Sequence record: LR756501.1
Strand: one strand, 5' to 3'
DNA: 64,000 nucleotides
In this document: positions 18,480 through 29,163 of the stretch, in pieces
Layout: the number at the start of each line of letters is the position of its first letter
Numbering within the stretch: the stretch's first letter is position 1
Made by a program: the position numbers and the translations under genes
The notes under the pieces: generated by a model
What the model saw: only the letters and a program-made list of their open reading frames with translations
Database searches by the model: none
What the model was told of the DNA's origin: nothing

Positions 18480-19760
18480 ATGGTAAGAAAGAAAGATGAA
18501 GACATTATTACAGCTCTAAGAAATGTGATGGATAATAGTTACTTCAGGGATATGACTTCTGCTCTCAAATCTAATGGGAAAAGTAAGCCAGTTGAAGACT
18601 TTAACATCCTTGATGAATACCAATCAACATTCAACGAGACACCAAGTTTATTAAAAATAACTCACGACGATTGTGATCTTTTCTTATACGAAAAACTAAA
18701 GAAAATGTTAAAAGAGGAATTTGGGGCATCCAGAGTTCTATTTAACGACACAGAATACAATTTAAAAAGAGAAAAATATATAGCCAATCGCGAAGTGTGG
18801 TACATCGCCGACGGCTACCTTCTTAACCTATGGACAAGCGAATCTAAAAATATATACGCTAACCCAGAATTAGACGTTAAACTAAATAAACACGACCAAC
18901 TTATAGAAGGTAACACTCTTCTCGTTCCACCACACGGTTCAAATAGAACAAATAAAGATATAGAAGAAAGAGTTATTAAAACTTTCAAAACCACAACCAT
19001 CAAAGAATACGAAAGAAACTCTATCGGTATGATGAGCGTTGAAGGATCTGGTGATCTTTATGTTAAAGAATTTACACTAGATAAAAAGTTTAAAATCAAC
19101 GATCTAGACCTACACTACGGAGACGAGTTTAAAACATTCCACGCAGAACTCTTTAAAAAACTTAAAGGTGATAAAAAAGGATTAGTACTATTACACGGCG
19201 ATCCAGGGACAGGTAAAACATTCTATATTAGATACTTACTTCAATGTTTGGCTAAAACGAAGAAGAAGGTTTTATATTTTCCACCAAGTATGGTAGAGGC
19301 TGTAACAGATCCAACGTTCTTTAATTTCATCACAAATTGGACTATGGATAACGGTAAGAATTCTATTCTTCTAATTGAAGACGCCGAACCACTTTTGGTA
19401 TCGAGAGAGGCTAATCGTAATATGGGTATAACAAACCTTCTTAATTTAACTGATGGTATATTGAATGATATATTATCTATTCAGATTATAGCCACATTTA
19501 ATACTAGTCTTGGTGAATTAGATAAGGCATTACTTAGACCAGAAAGGTTAATTGCTAGAAAAGAATTCAAGAAACTAACAGTTGATAATTCTAAAAAATT
19601 GGTAGAATTGTTGGGTATGGATCCAGCAACAGTAACAAAAGAAATGTCTTTGGCTGAAATTTATTCTGTGAAGAATGATAACGAAGTTTTACTTCACGGT
19701 GTGGATAAAAACAAGGCGGCTGGGGAAAGAACAGCGATAGGATTTGGTAATAAAAGATAA
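18480..19760 (+). CDS. AAA+ ATPase
   Basis: GDPGTGKT, LLIEDAE, ATFNT, DKALLRPERL. Confidence 0.9.
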   Translation: MVRKKDEDIITALRNVMDNSYFRDMTSALKSNGKSKPVEDFNILDEYQSTFNETPSLLKITHDDCDLFLYEKLKKMLKEEFGASRVLFNDTEYNLKREKYIANREVWYIADGYLLNLWTSESKNIYANPELDVKLNKHDQLIEGNTLLVPPHGSNRTNKDIEERVIKTFKTTTIKEYERNSIGMMSVEGSGDLYVKEFTLDKKFKINDLDLHYGDEFKTFHAELFKKLKGDKKGLVLLHGDPGTGKTFYIRYLLQCLAKTKKKVLYFPPSMVEAVTDPTFFNFITNWTMDNGKNSILLIEDAEPLLVSREANRNMGITNLLNLTDGILNDILSIQIIATFNTSLGELDKALLRPERLIARKEFKKLTVDNSKKLVELLGMDPATVTKEMSLAEIYSVKNDNEVLLHGVDKNKAAGERTAIGFGNKR

Positions 19761-19761
19761 C

Positions 19762-19790
19762 AAAAAAGGGGAACTAAGTTCCCCTTTTTT
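19762..19790. terminator. bidirectional intrinsic terminator
   Basis: AAAAAAGGGGAAC-taa-GTTCCCCTTTTTT. Confidence 0.85.
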
Positions 19791-20911
19791 TATAATGGTA
19801 TATCATTTTTCATTTCATCTGGCGTTTTACCAGTAGCTTTTCCAAGTATATCTCTTATTTGAATAAGTTCTGGTTTTTTATCTTCTGGAAGATTTGTAAT
19901 GCCTCTTAAAAGTTTAGCTACACTTTCTTTATTCTGGGTAACTTTAGTATTTTTAGTTACAGCAGTAAAAGCGTCTTCTTGTCCAACTTTAGAAGGTGGT
20001 TTCAGACCTTGTAATTTCTTTAAACTAGCACCCAATAATTGTTCGTTTACCCAGGCTGTTGCTGGGGCTGTTAAATTAGCTATAGTTCCTTTCGGTGGAG
20101 CATTAGGATCTGTTTTAGCTGGTGGAGTCGCAGCTGGTTTGGCCCCTTCGGCTGGTGTTGCAGCTGGTTTGGCTCCTTCGGCTGGTGGAGTTGCTGTTTT
20201 GTTTCTAGTTGAAACTGGATTTCCATTAGCGTCATATTCGTATTCTTCGTTTAAGTACCTAAATTTTTCAGGAACGTGATCACCCCCACTACTAGCTATT
20301 GTAGCATTTTTATCTTTTTGATTTGGTTCGGTTGGAGCTGGAGCAGCAGGTTGTTGAGGATCAACAGCGTCAATATTTGTTTGTTTTTCTAAATATGTTT
20401 TTAATTCATTTTCATCGTAAGCTGGTTGTTGACCGTTTTGACCTTTATTCATTTCTATGATTTTAGCGTTCAAAGAATTAGCCAAAGCTGCCTTAAAGTC
20501 CTTAGCTTTATCAAAAGCAAACATTTGAGCGTTAGGTGTTCCTTCGAAGATTTTTCTTGGAGTTGCTTCTTTTTGACCGTATCTATTAAACAAAACCATT
20601 AATTCAGTAAAAACTGTATCAGATACATCAACTAGAAGTTTTCTTAATCCTAGTGGACCTGTTACTGTTTTTAGTCCTTCCGTCATTTTGTTTTTCACGT
20701 CACCGTCTGCTTGTTCCATGAATTTTACTGCTTCTTCCCAAGTTTTAGTGCCGTCTATTTTCTTGGTGAAGTTATTTATAGAATCAGCAAATTTCTTATC
20801 CATTTTGCCAAATATAGTGCTAAGAAGGTTTTTTACGGCTCCCCATAATAACTCTTCATTCACAGCGTCTTTGAATTCTTCAAAGTGTCTAATATTTTTT
20901 AAATCTTCCAT
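19790..20911 (-). CDS. hypothetical protein with Pro/Ala-rich linker
   Basis: Leader MEDLKNIRHFEEF; PAEGAKPAAT repeats. Confidence 0.7.
   Translation of the reverse strand: MEDLKNIRHFEEFKDAVNEELLWGAVKNLLSTIFGKMDKKFADSINNFTKKIDGTKTWEEAVKFMEQADGDVKNKMTEGLKTVTGPLGLRKLLVDVSDTVFTELMVLFNRYGQKEATPRKIFEGTPNAQMFAFDKAKDFKAALANSLNAKIIEMNKGQNGQQPAYDENELKTYLEKQTNIDAVDPQQPAAPAPTEPNQKDKNATIASSGGDHVPEKFRYLNEEYEYDANGNPVSTRNKTATPPAEGAKPAATPAEGAKPAATPPAKTDPNAPPKGTIANLTAPATAWVNEQLLGASLKKLQGLKPPSKVGQEDAFTAVTKNTKVTQNKESVAKLLRGITNLPEDKKPELIQIRDILGKATGKTPDEMKNDIPL
20118..20194 (-). repeat. intragenic tandem repeat, ~30-33 nt unit, 2.5 copies
   Basis: gctggtggagtcgcagctggtttggccccttcg / gctggtgttgcagctggtttggctccttcg / gctggtggagttgc. 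Confidence 0.8.
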
Positions 20912-20931
20912 GTTTTTATTTTATTTTTATC

Positions 20932-21462
20932 TTATTCTTTACTTATGTCCCCGTGATAAATACCATGTTCACCACGTAACTTATCTAATCTGCCTTGAAA
21001 ATTAGATTTCTTACCTGTCTTTGTATTAAAAACAAAACCACCTCCTCTGTTCACTCCGCCAATATCTTCAAGAGCATCTTTAATTTCTTCTATTTTAGCT
21101 TTACCAGATTTCATCTTTGCTAATTTCAGAACGTCTTTTTCTTTAGAGATCTCTTCATTCATTAAATTTAAGAGATAATCTAAATCATCTATTATATCAG
21201 AACCATGTAATTTCTTATATTCGTCAAGATAGTTTCCTTCGTAATATGTGATCACATCTGGATTCTTTTTCATAGTTAATATAAAATCCATTAGATTTGA
21301 AGCTACAATGCCAACTTTATATGGTATTTTGCGATCACTACCTGTTAAGAAATTCTTAATTTTCCCAATAGTTATAGCTCCCCCTATGAGGACTTTGATG
21401 GCCCCTCTTAATAATTTACCTTCATTCAATGTGAAGTCTTCGAAATTGATCAGATTATTCAT
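20932..21462 (-). CDS. hypothetical protein
   Basis: Leader MNNLINFEDFTLNE. Confidence 0.7.
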   Translation of the reverse strand: MNNLINFEDFTLNEGKLLRGAIKVLIGGAITIGKIKNFLTGSDRKIPYKVGIVASNLMDFILTMKKNPDVITYYEGNYLDEYKKLHGSDIIDDLDYLLNLMNEEISKEKDVLKLAKMKSGKAKIEEIKDALEDIGGVNRGGGFVFNTKTGKKSNFQGRLDKLRGEHGIYHGDISKE

Positions 21463-21470
21463 GGTTTAAA

Positions 21471-21728
21471 TTATTTTTTTAAATGTCTTTTTGATGATTT
21501 ATATAAATCGAAAACCACATCAGCGGATTTCTTAATATTATTTGCTTGGATATGTTTAGAGAAGAATCCTGACAGGTACCTCAAAGTCATAGCAGCGGCG
21601 TATAGTTCATCTTGACTACTATTCAATCTATCGTCAAAGAAATTGACGCTGACCTCTGCTTTGTCTTCATCAGAAAAAGGAATATTAATTTCTTCGTTAA
21701 ATGGTTTTAAATGGTTTAACTTTTTCAT
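21471..21728 (-). CDS. hypothetical protein
   Basis: Leader MKKLNHLKPFNEE. Confidence 0.65.
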   Translation of the reverse strand: MKKLNHLKPFNEEINIPFSDEDKAEVSVNFFDDRLNSSQDELYAAAMTLRYLSGFFSKHIQANNIKKSADVVFDLYKSSKRHLKK

Positions 21729-21753
21729 CTAATTATTTCTTTTTATTTTGAAC

Positions 21754-21813
21754 TATATATTAATATTATTTTTTCATTTTCTTGAAAAAGAACGCTTGGG
21801 TTTTTTATATATA
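21754..21813. promoter_or_regulatory. divergent ATATATA boxes (21754-21762 -, 21805-21813 +)
   Basis: Upstream of ATG 21728 and ATG 21836. Confidence 0.45.
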
Positions 21814-21835
21814 CAGTTAAAAGAAATTAAAAAGT

Positions 21836-24800
21836 ATGGACTCCATAAATTCATTTGTTACATTAGCGGAAAAAATTACAATCCTTAACAAGAATTGTGT
21901 TGAAATATTAACAAAAGTGAACGATTTAGTATCCAGTCAAAGCGATAGTGTTAATATCGTTTACGACGACAACGGTGCAGTAAATTCATTCTCTCAGCCT
22001 ACTGTTGGATATTTGAAAAATCAAATAGACGTTCTCAATCAAAATATGAAAAGAATGGCGTCTATTGATGGATATACCTTTATTAGAGACGGTCAATCAT
22101 TCAAAAGAATTATGACTTCTGATCTTAATAGAGAGCCAGCACCTATTCAAGAAATTAATCAAGTTAATACATTTACACCAGTAAATAATCATTTCTTTGA
22201 ATCTCTTATGAACCCTATGTTAGCTGTAACTATTAATTTGAGAGATAAAGTGGAGCAAGTTGTTAATAAAATTGTTTCACGTAGGTACATTGTTAGATTC
22301 GAAAAGAATCTTGACGGAAGTCTTACTGAAGCTGGTCTCAGATCTTTTAATAGTTTCTCTACTCAATTTTTAAATAAAACTGGTATTAACATATCAGACT
22401 TCATCTCTTGGTACGATAATCCATCTAATGACGGTCTTATTGTAGATACAGTTAAACCGTACGACGAACAAATTTACGATATGGCTCTTAAAACTTTGAA
22501 CTATTACGGAGTGTTCTCTGTTATAAAAGTTGAAATAGATGATATTAACAATAAAATGTGGTACCACCTAAACGATATTAAATACTACGGTAACGACGGT
22601 ACAATTAAGAATTTAACTATTGGTGACGAACTTATTGTTAATAGATTAAACGCTGGAACAAGATATAAAATTAAAGAAGTAAATACTGATTCTTCAAATA
22701 CTAAAATCAGATTAGAAAATGTTGAAGGTTACGATCCTGTTGTGGTTGGCACAAACGTTTTAAAATATTATAGTGATATATCAGCAGATAAAAACGTACA
22801 AATCAACGTAGGTTTTGACGAATATATCGTACTCTTTGTTAAACCTATTAATACTGACGATAATATAGTAGGTACTCTTTGGAGTAAAGGTATATCATTT
22901 TATACAAACGATCTCATTCTTGATATTAATAACAATATTAATTTAGCAAATTATTACGTTGAGGCTGTTTACGATTACGGTACTTGGTTAAGGGATCAAT
23001 TAACAAAAAGTATTCCTACAATTTACGGAGCAACACCAAACCCTGTTACTCTAACATCCGAGAATTTTAAAGTTGTACAGATAAATAAACACTTAACAGA
23101 TAACGTAGATCAAAACGCCATTTTGAAAGCACACGCTGATAAATCAACTGTTAAAACACAAATATCACAATTAAATACTGCTATTACTCAAAAAACTGGA
23201 AAGTTAAATAGCGCAGGTTTAACAACAGTTGAAAAACAAGCTTATTTAACAGAAATTAATAAAATGAAGACTGATTTAAATATTTCAACAAATAATTTGT
23301 CTTCTTTGGTAACTGAAATTACAAATTTAAGTACGGGTCAAAATAATAACGTTGCTGCTAAATACAGAGTAAGAGGATTTTGGACAATGCCAGAACCTAT
23401 TCAAACAGGTAAAACTCCACCTCAACATGTTGTTCAATTTAGAGTTCAATATAGATACAGCTCAAGAAGTGGTAACTCTAATAACATTCAAACATTCAAT
23501 TATATCAATGTTCAACAACCATCTACTACAACTACACCAACAACTACAAGTGGAACAATTGTGAGAACTAACGTTAACACAACAGCTAGAACAGGTGGAG
23601 CAGCTTTAGCAGCCACCGCTTCAAATCAAAACAGAAACGCTGGTAATTCTAATTTAGGTAAAGCTACAACTTTACCGCCTGTTAATGTTGGTAAAACTGT
23701 ACCAGTTGCTTCTACTCAAGTATCTACTACAACTGAGAACCCACCAACTGCACCAAAATACGCTAACTTTTCTAACTGGGTGGAATTTTTATCAGATGTA
23801 AGAAAACGTTACTGGGACGAAAATAGTAAACAATGGTACTGGAAAATCGAAGACGTCTCTGACGCTGAGACACCAAATATCAATCAATTAGATATAGCAA
23901 TTCAACAAAATGAAAGAGTTGAAATTAGAGTCAAATCAATTTCAGAAGTTGGTTGGCCTGACTCACTTATAGAATCAGATTGGAGTAATGTATTAACTGT
24001 TGATTTTCCAAATGATTTAGGCGATGTTTTGGCTGATAATCAATTCATTTTAGCTGAAGCGACACAAGATAAAACTACTGTTGTATTAGAATCAACTTTA
24101 AGTAGTAAAGGTGTTAATCAACATGTACAAGATAGTTATGTTGCTGGACAAGATTATGTAGCACATAAAGATACTAGTATTCAAGTTGGAATTGGATTTA
24201 ATTCTATCAATAATCCAAATTTATTCCAATATTTAACGTATTTAACTGATAGAATAGCCAAGTTAGAACAAACTATAGCTGGGGCTAAAGGTACTCTTAA
24301 AATTACTTTATTTAAGAAATCTACAGAACTCAAGACTATTGCCAACAACACAACAACTATAATTAATGTAGAGTGTGAAGATTACGGTACAGTGGTAACA
24401 GGTAGAACATATGTAAATTCAATTAATATAATAGAGGACTACGTTTTATCTTTTGAAAATACAAATCAAAGTGGTAATTTGGGTTTCTTATCCAGTAGAC
24501 TCTATACAAGTGGAGGTACTAACGCTTTTTATTCAGCGGGAGGTGACGAAAATAAAGTATTATTAGTAGACTGGAACAGTAATCTATATAATCAAAATGA
24601 TAATCAATTTGTATGGTTTGCTGATAGAGATAATAATGATTGGATTTCAAGTGGGGCAACAAATCTGAATACTCCATATATTTTAAATTTACCAAGTTAT
24701 AATTTCGGTACAACTGGTACTTCAACTACTAGTACACCTCTGTGGAACGTGAATAGTATATTCACTACTGCCCCTTCAACTGACTTATTATGTGCTGTTT

Positions 24801-25120
24801 TCCCTTATTTACCAGACGTTAGTAATTTTATTGAGAACGGTCAAGATAAAACAAGAGTTATAAAACCACAAACTAAATTCAATATTGGTTTGAAAATTTT
24901 CTTTAAATTCGACGGAAGTATCGACACGTCAACCGAAAGTGTGCCAAAATATTATTACGCTGGCGCAGTTGGTGGACCTATTACTAAAAGTAGAAAAGTG
25001 AAACTTTGGTTCGAAACTACTGATAATACTACTTATCAATTTATCATTAATTTTAACTTAAATAGATACAGAAGTTTCTTAAAACCTAAAACTGATACAG
25101 GTGCAATCGATGTTGTTTAA
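21836..25120 (+). CDS. large putative virion structural protein (1094 aa)
   Basis: Size, Asn/Thr-rich beta-type composition, coiled-coil segment, ATATATA box upstream; no catalytic motif seen. Confidence 0.6.
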   Translation: MDSINSFVTLAEKITILNKNCVEILTKVNDLVSSQSDSVNIVYDDNGAVNSFSQPTVGYLKNQIDVLNQNMKRMASIDGYTFIRDGQSFKRIMTSDLNREPAPIQEINQVNTFTPVNNHFFESLMNPMLAVTINLRDKVEQVVNKIVSRRYIVRFEKNLDGSLTEAGLRSFNSFSTQFLNKTGINISDFISWYDNPSNDGLIVDTVKPYDEQIYDMALKTLNYYGVFSVIKVEIDDINNKMWYHLNDIKYYGNDGTIKNLTIGDELIVNRLNAGTRYKIKEVNTDSSNTKIRLENVEGYDPVVVGTNVLKYYSDISADKNVQINVGFDEYIVLFVKPINTDDNIVGTLWSKGISFYTNDLILDINNNINLANYYVEAVYDYGTWLRDQLTKSIPTIYGATPNPVTLTSENFKVVQINKHLTDNVDQNAILKAHADKSTVKTQISQLNTAITQKTGKLNSAGLTTVEKQAYLTEINKMKTDLNISTNNLSSLVTEITNLSTGQNNNVAAKYRVRGFWTMPEPIQTGKTPPQHVVQFRVQYRYSSRSGNSNNIQTFNYINVQQPSTTTTPTTTSGTIVRTNVNTTARTGGAALAATASNQNRNAGNSNLGKATTLPPVNVGKTVPVASTQVSTTTENPPTAPKYANFSNWVEFLSDVRKRYWDENSKQWYWKIEDVSDAETPNINQLDIAIQQNERVEIRVKSISEVGWPDSLIESDWSNVLTVDFPNDLGDVLADNQFILAEATQDKTTVVLESTLSSKGVNQHVQDSYVAGQDYVAHKDTSIQVGIGFNSINNPNLFQYLTYLTDRIAKLEQTIAGAKGTLKITLFKKSTELKTIANNTTTIINVECEDYGTVVTGRTYVNSINIIEDYVLSFENTNQSGNLGFLSSRLYTSGGTNAFYSAGGDENKVLLVDWNSNLYNQNDNQFVWFADRDNNDWISSGATNLNTPYILNLPSYNFGTTGTSTTSTPLWNVNSIFTTAPSTDLLCAVFPYLPDVSNFIENGQDKTRVIKPQTKFNIGLKIFFKFDGSIDTSTESVPKYYYAGAVGGPITKSRKVKLWFETTDNTTYQFIINFNLNRYRSFLKPKTDTGAIDVV

Positions 25121-25137
25121 AAAAATCAAATACGTAA

Positions 25138-28100
25138 ATGATAAATAAGAGTTTCCAATTACTTAGAACAAACCCTTTATTAACATCTAATTTTAAAGTT
25201 GTTGTTACTTCTGACTACAATTTATATTTGGAGAGTTTTAATACTAACGCCGAGCTTAGTAATATTAAGTACAAACATTTCTCTATGTATAAATCAGATT
25301 ATTTGGAAAATAAAATTCCATATTTCTACAATAAATTACCAATAGATACAGCTTTTGACGTTAGATATGATAAAGATAATACTACTGTACAAAATAGTTT
25401 CGATAAACAATTTGATACAAGTTATTACGCTGGTGGTGGTTACGTTGAGGATCAATGGTACACTGAGGAATTCGATTATTTGGCACCTCTTTATATTAGA
25501 AAGGATAATTTACCAAAAGGTTTTGTTGTATTAAGAGTAGATGATCCATCTGGTTATAATTTGAATGTTAGTAACAATTTCGAATTGAATAGTTTAAGCG
25601 CTGATAATTTTCACGAAATAGTAGATAATTGGAAATGTGTTAAATTTTTTGATATGACTTATACATCTAATTTAGGTGAATGGTTAAATACAAACTACGC
25701 AAATAACGATAGAGTTCCAAAAACTGCTTTTGAATATCATCCTGAGAGAGCAGAGTTTTCTAATTGGTACGGTATGGATTATAAAACAGGTATTTATACG
25801 TACAGACCTCTATTCATGGACGATAGAGATGAAATCGAAACTCCTCATTTTAGATGGGAAAAATTTATAACAGAAGGTTACAAGAGAAGTGGACTTATTT
25901 TTCCATATATTCTTAATTTAAAATTCTTATTCGACGATACACCAGCAACACCTAGCACACTTAGGAAATATTCTATGAATAGGTACTACGGATTCTACAT
26001 CGAGAATATGGACTTTGTGGGATCAGTTACATCTTATAGAACACCACCTATGATACCTAATACTTATCTTGTTAATAATATTATAGTATCAGGTAATACT
26101 GGAATGACTGCTGATCAATATTGTAAATTAGATTATTACGACGTGCCTTCACCAAATCCTTTCGTCGAAAAATGGGACGATAATAAAGAATATTACGTTT
26201 TTATAGATAACACAAGCGATTTCTATCGAACTAAAACTATATCAGGACTTTATCCTGTTCAAAGAGTTTTACAAAATAATAAATATATTTATAAAGTTGT
26301 AAGCGACGAAACACTTGATAGTTATTGGAACACAGGATATACTAACATCAAGACGGTTGATATAAACTACGGTACATATAATATTATTAGTGCGGTAACT
26401 AGCAACTTTTTTATTGATAAATATATTGATTGTGTAGGTGATGAAAAATATATGTACGGGGATTTATATTTAATAAGAATAGATGATAAATTTCACGTTC
26501 TTAAATATAGTTCTGGTATGACTACAGCTAATGATTTAACAGTAAATCCGTCAACTGGTGATTTAGATGATTATAAATATTATATACAAACAGATTACGC
26601 TATAAACTTAAATTCAAAATTTGTAGAATATTGGATATTAGGTAAAAGTTCACCTTATTATAGACAAGTGTCTATACAGAACACAGGCTACGCCCCTTTA
26701 TCATTTCCTATATACAGAGTGAAATTCTCTGATATAAAGGACTTTGATTTTGATAGAGTTAACACTGGATTTTCCGATTTTGATTACGAGAAAACTGAAT
26801 ATGTAGATACCAACGAGGAAAAACTATACGCTTTCGATTATAACGATCCTAGTATTCCACCAAGTAAAAGAGTAGAGAAACCTGGCACATCTGCACAATA
26901 TAAAGTTAGCAATATATCATCTGAATATATTGCTGGAGACGAATTATATGAAGTGTTTGATTTGGGACAGCAAAACACTTTTTCAAATACTTACGGCGAA
27001 GAGAATAAGTTATACGACTTAAACGATATTTGGAGAAAAAATCAATCTAATTGTAAATGGGGATTCATGGGATCAATGAGTCACTCTGATTACCCATATA
27101 AATTAAATAACAATTACGAAATTGGAGGGCCTTACAATAGGACTTCAGATCCTTTTTATACTATACCAGATGTAATATCTAAGAATATGGATTATTTTTA
27201 TAGACTTGGTAATTTCTACGATGGAACTACTGGTAATACAGTATATTATAAAAATCAAACTACTAATATTCAATATGATTTTATCAGTGGACAAATTGGT
27301 AACGGTTTTGATATTAAAGCTTATTTTACTTTAAATTTCGATTACTTCACCTTCTTCTTTAAGAATAAAATGTATTACGAAGATAAAGCACAAAGATATA
27401 CAAAGAGTTACGATAAATACGCCGTGTTCAACTACGGTGATAGCAATGTTCCTTCTGTAACCCTATTCAAAGGACTTAAAATTAAAGTAAGAGAAGTAAA
27501 GAATATCTACACAGATGAAAACAACGTTATAACAAAAGTTTTATACGGAAACAATACGTATAACAATTATAAAATGTCTATCATATTCAACGAAAATCAC
27601 GAAGGTGTTAATAACGGGTTGATGAACAATGATATAGGAACATATATTGATACTACTCAAAATGGTATTAGTGTTATATTAAATGAGAAATTTCAAAATA
27701 TATTAGTGATCATTAATGCTAAATTACCAAGTGGCACAACACTTAATGATGTTAGTGTTTTCGACGAAAAAGAAGGTTTATATTACGGTAAAAAATTAGA
27801 CGGCACTTATTTAAATAGTTATAACAATAGTAATATAACTGGTATAACTTCTACTTCGTTATTTACTGCATCTAATTTTATTAATACTATAAATGATTAT
27901 ACAAACAATTACGGTTTATCTGTGAAATATTATTATATCAGAGAGTCTAACGGGGAATTATATAACGGTAATGTTTTAATTAGTAGAGGTGTAAGTTTTA
28001 GTAACGTATCAACAATGAAGAATATACCAAATTGGAATTATTATTTCCAACCATTCTTGTTAAATATAGAAACACCTGTTAATATTGCATTAAGTAATAA

Positions 28101-29163
28101 TTGTTATACCACTTACCCATACTACGTGAACAGTGTACCCGATGATTACGTTGCAACTTTAGTAACATTCGACGAAAATAAGAGTTACAAGGTTCCAATT
28201 TACAGATTCCCAGGACCTTACGAACCAATATTTAAGGATATAAATTTATTTAAAGGCGGATATTTCTGTTATAACAATTTAACACCGTCAGGAGTCACCA
28301 CATCGGGTGTTACAATATCTAACTCTTCTATAGCATTTGAATATCCTAATAATGATTATAGTTGGTCAAATTTCCAAAATATATGTAGCACTAATTCAAA
28401 TAGTTACGTTGAAATAAATTTAGTACCCACTTTTAGTGAAATACCATCAAGATATTTATGTATAAGAGGATTTGATTTCTCTAATATTCCAGCAGATGCT
28501 ATTATCACTGGTATAACTCTAACAATAAATAGAAAAGCTTTTGTTAATAATACTAATACCTACGCTAGAGAATTAGGTGTTCAGTTAGCTAGAAATTGTT
28601 ACGATGTTTCTTTACTATCAGAAAATAAGGCGTTAGATTCAATGTTTGGTGATTATTACTGGTCGACAACTGAAAAAGAAATTGTTTACGGTGGTGTAGC
28701 TGATACTTGGGGTGAAATATACTCTGGACCTGGCGGATGGTCAGGTAGCACACTAAGAGGTAGTGATTTAAATAATCCATTATTCGGTGCAGTCATAAGA
28801 GTTATGATGATGAATAGTGGTATAACAAGTAGTTTGGTACCACAAGTGAAATGCGTCAGATTATCTGTTCAATATACATGGAACCAAACGATATATACCG
28901 CTGATAGAACTGTTTATTTCGATAACAATTACAAGTTCGATACAACCCTTAACGATTTTGGTAAGATAGATGAATTGATATATTCTAAGGTGAATGAAAC
29001 AACAAACATATTGAAAAATTCACCAGATGTTTATCATATCTATCCTAGTGTAGATGAATTTGGATACGAGTATAGTGATAGATTTATATTCAAATCTTCT
29101 TGGGATAAAGAATTCTTTACTAAAACTAATAGTAATCTGAAAACAGATTCAGGTATAGTTTAA
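25138..29163 (+). CDS. large putative virion (baseplate/tail) protein (1341 aa)
   Basis: Size, Tyr/Asn-rich; late module GFDFSNIPADAIITGI..GGVADTWG looks like a sugar-binding jelly-roll. Confidence 0.6.
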   Translation: MINKSFQLLRTNPLLTSNFKVVVTSDYNLYLESFNTNAELSNIKYKHFSMYKSDYLENKIPYFYNKLPIDTAFDVRYDKDNTTVQNSFDKQFDTSYYAGGGYVEDQWYTEEFDYLAPLYIRKDNLPKGFVVLRVDDPSGYNLNVSNNFELNSLSADNFHEIVDNWKCVKFFDMTYTSNLGEWLNTNYANNDRVPKTAFEYHPERAEFSNWYGMDYKTGIYTYRPLFMDDRDEIETPHFRWEKFITEGYKRSGLIFPYILNLKFLFDDTPATPSTLRKYSMNRYYGFYIENMDFVGSVTSYRTPPMIPNTYLVNNIIVSGNTGMTADQYCKLDYYDVPSPNPFVEKWDDNKEYYVFIDNTSDFYRTKTISGLYPVQRVLQNNKYIYKVVSDETLDSYWNTGYTNIKTVDINYGTYNIISAVTSNFFIDKYIDCVGDEKYMYGDLYLIRIDDKFHVLKYSSGMTTANDLTVNPSTGDLDDYKYYIQTDYAINLNSKFVEYWILGKSSPYYRQVSIQNTGYAPLSFPIYRVKFSDIKDFDFDRVNTGFSDFDYEKTEYVDTNEEKLYAFDYNDPSIPPSKRVEKPGTSAQYKVSNISSEYIAGDELYEVFDLGQQNTFSNTYGEENKLYDLNDIWRKNQSNCKWGFMGSMSHSDYPYKLNNNYEIGGPYNRTSDPFYTIPDVISKNMDYFYRLGNFYDGTTGNTVYYKNQTTNIQYDFISGQIGNGFDIKAYFTLNFDYFTFFFKNKMYYEDKAQRYTKSYDKYAVFNYGDSNVPSVTLFKGLKIKVREVKNIYTDENNVITKVLYGNNTYNNYKMSIIFNENHEGVNNGLMNNDIGTYIDTTQNGISVILNEKFQNILVIINAKLPSGTTLNDVSVFDEKEGLYYGKKLDGTYLNSYNNSNITGITSTSLFTASNFINTINDYTNNYGLSVKYYYIRESNGELYNGNVLISRGVSFSNVSTMKNIPNWNYYFQPFLLNIETPVNIALSNNCYTTYPYYVNSVPDDYVATLVTFDENKSYKVPIYRFPGPYEPIFKDINLFKGGYFCYNNLTPSGVTTSGVTISNSSIAFEYPNNDYSWSNFQNICSTNSNSYVEINLVPTFSEIPSRYLCIRGFDFSNIPADAIITGITLTINRKAFVNNTNTYARELGVQLARNCYDVSLLSENKALDSMFGDYYWSTTEKEIVYGGVADTWGEIYSGPGGWSGSTLRGSDLNNPLFGAVIRVMMMNSGITSSLVPQVKCVRLSVQYTWNQTIYTADRTVYFDNNYKFDTTLNDFGKIDELIYSKVNETTNILKNSPDVYHIYPSVDEFGYEYSDRFIFKSSWDKEFFTKTNSNLKTDSGIV

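Noticed and set aside
15530-19760. SPFH + AAA+ (+ M50B) as an FtsH/HflKC-like proteostasis system
   Set aside because: Genes are not adjacent or co-oriented, the AAA+ lacks TM and protease domains; each is common alone in large phages.
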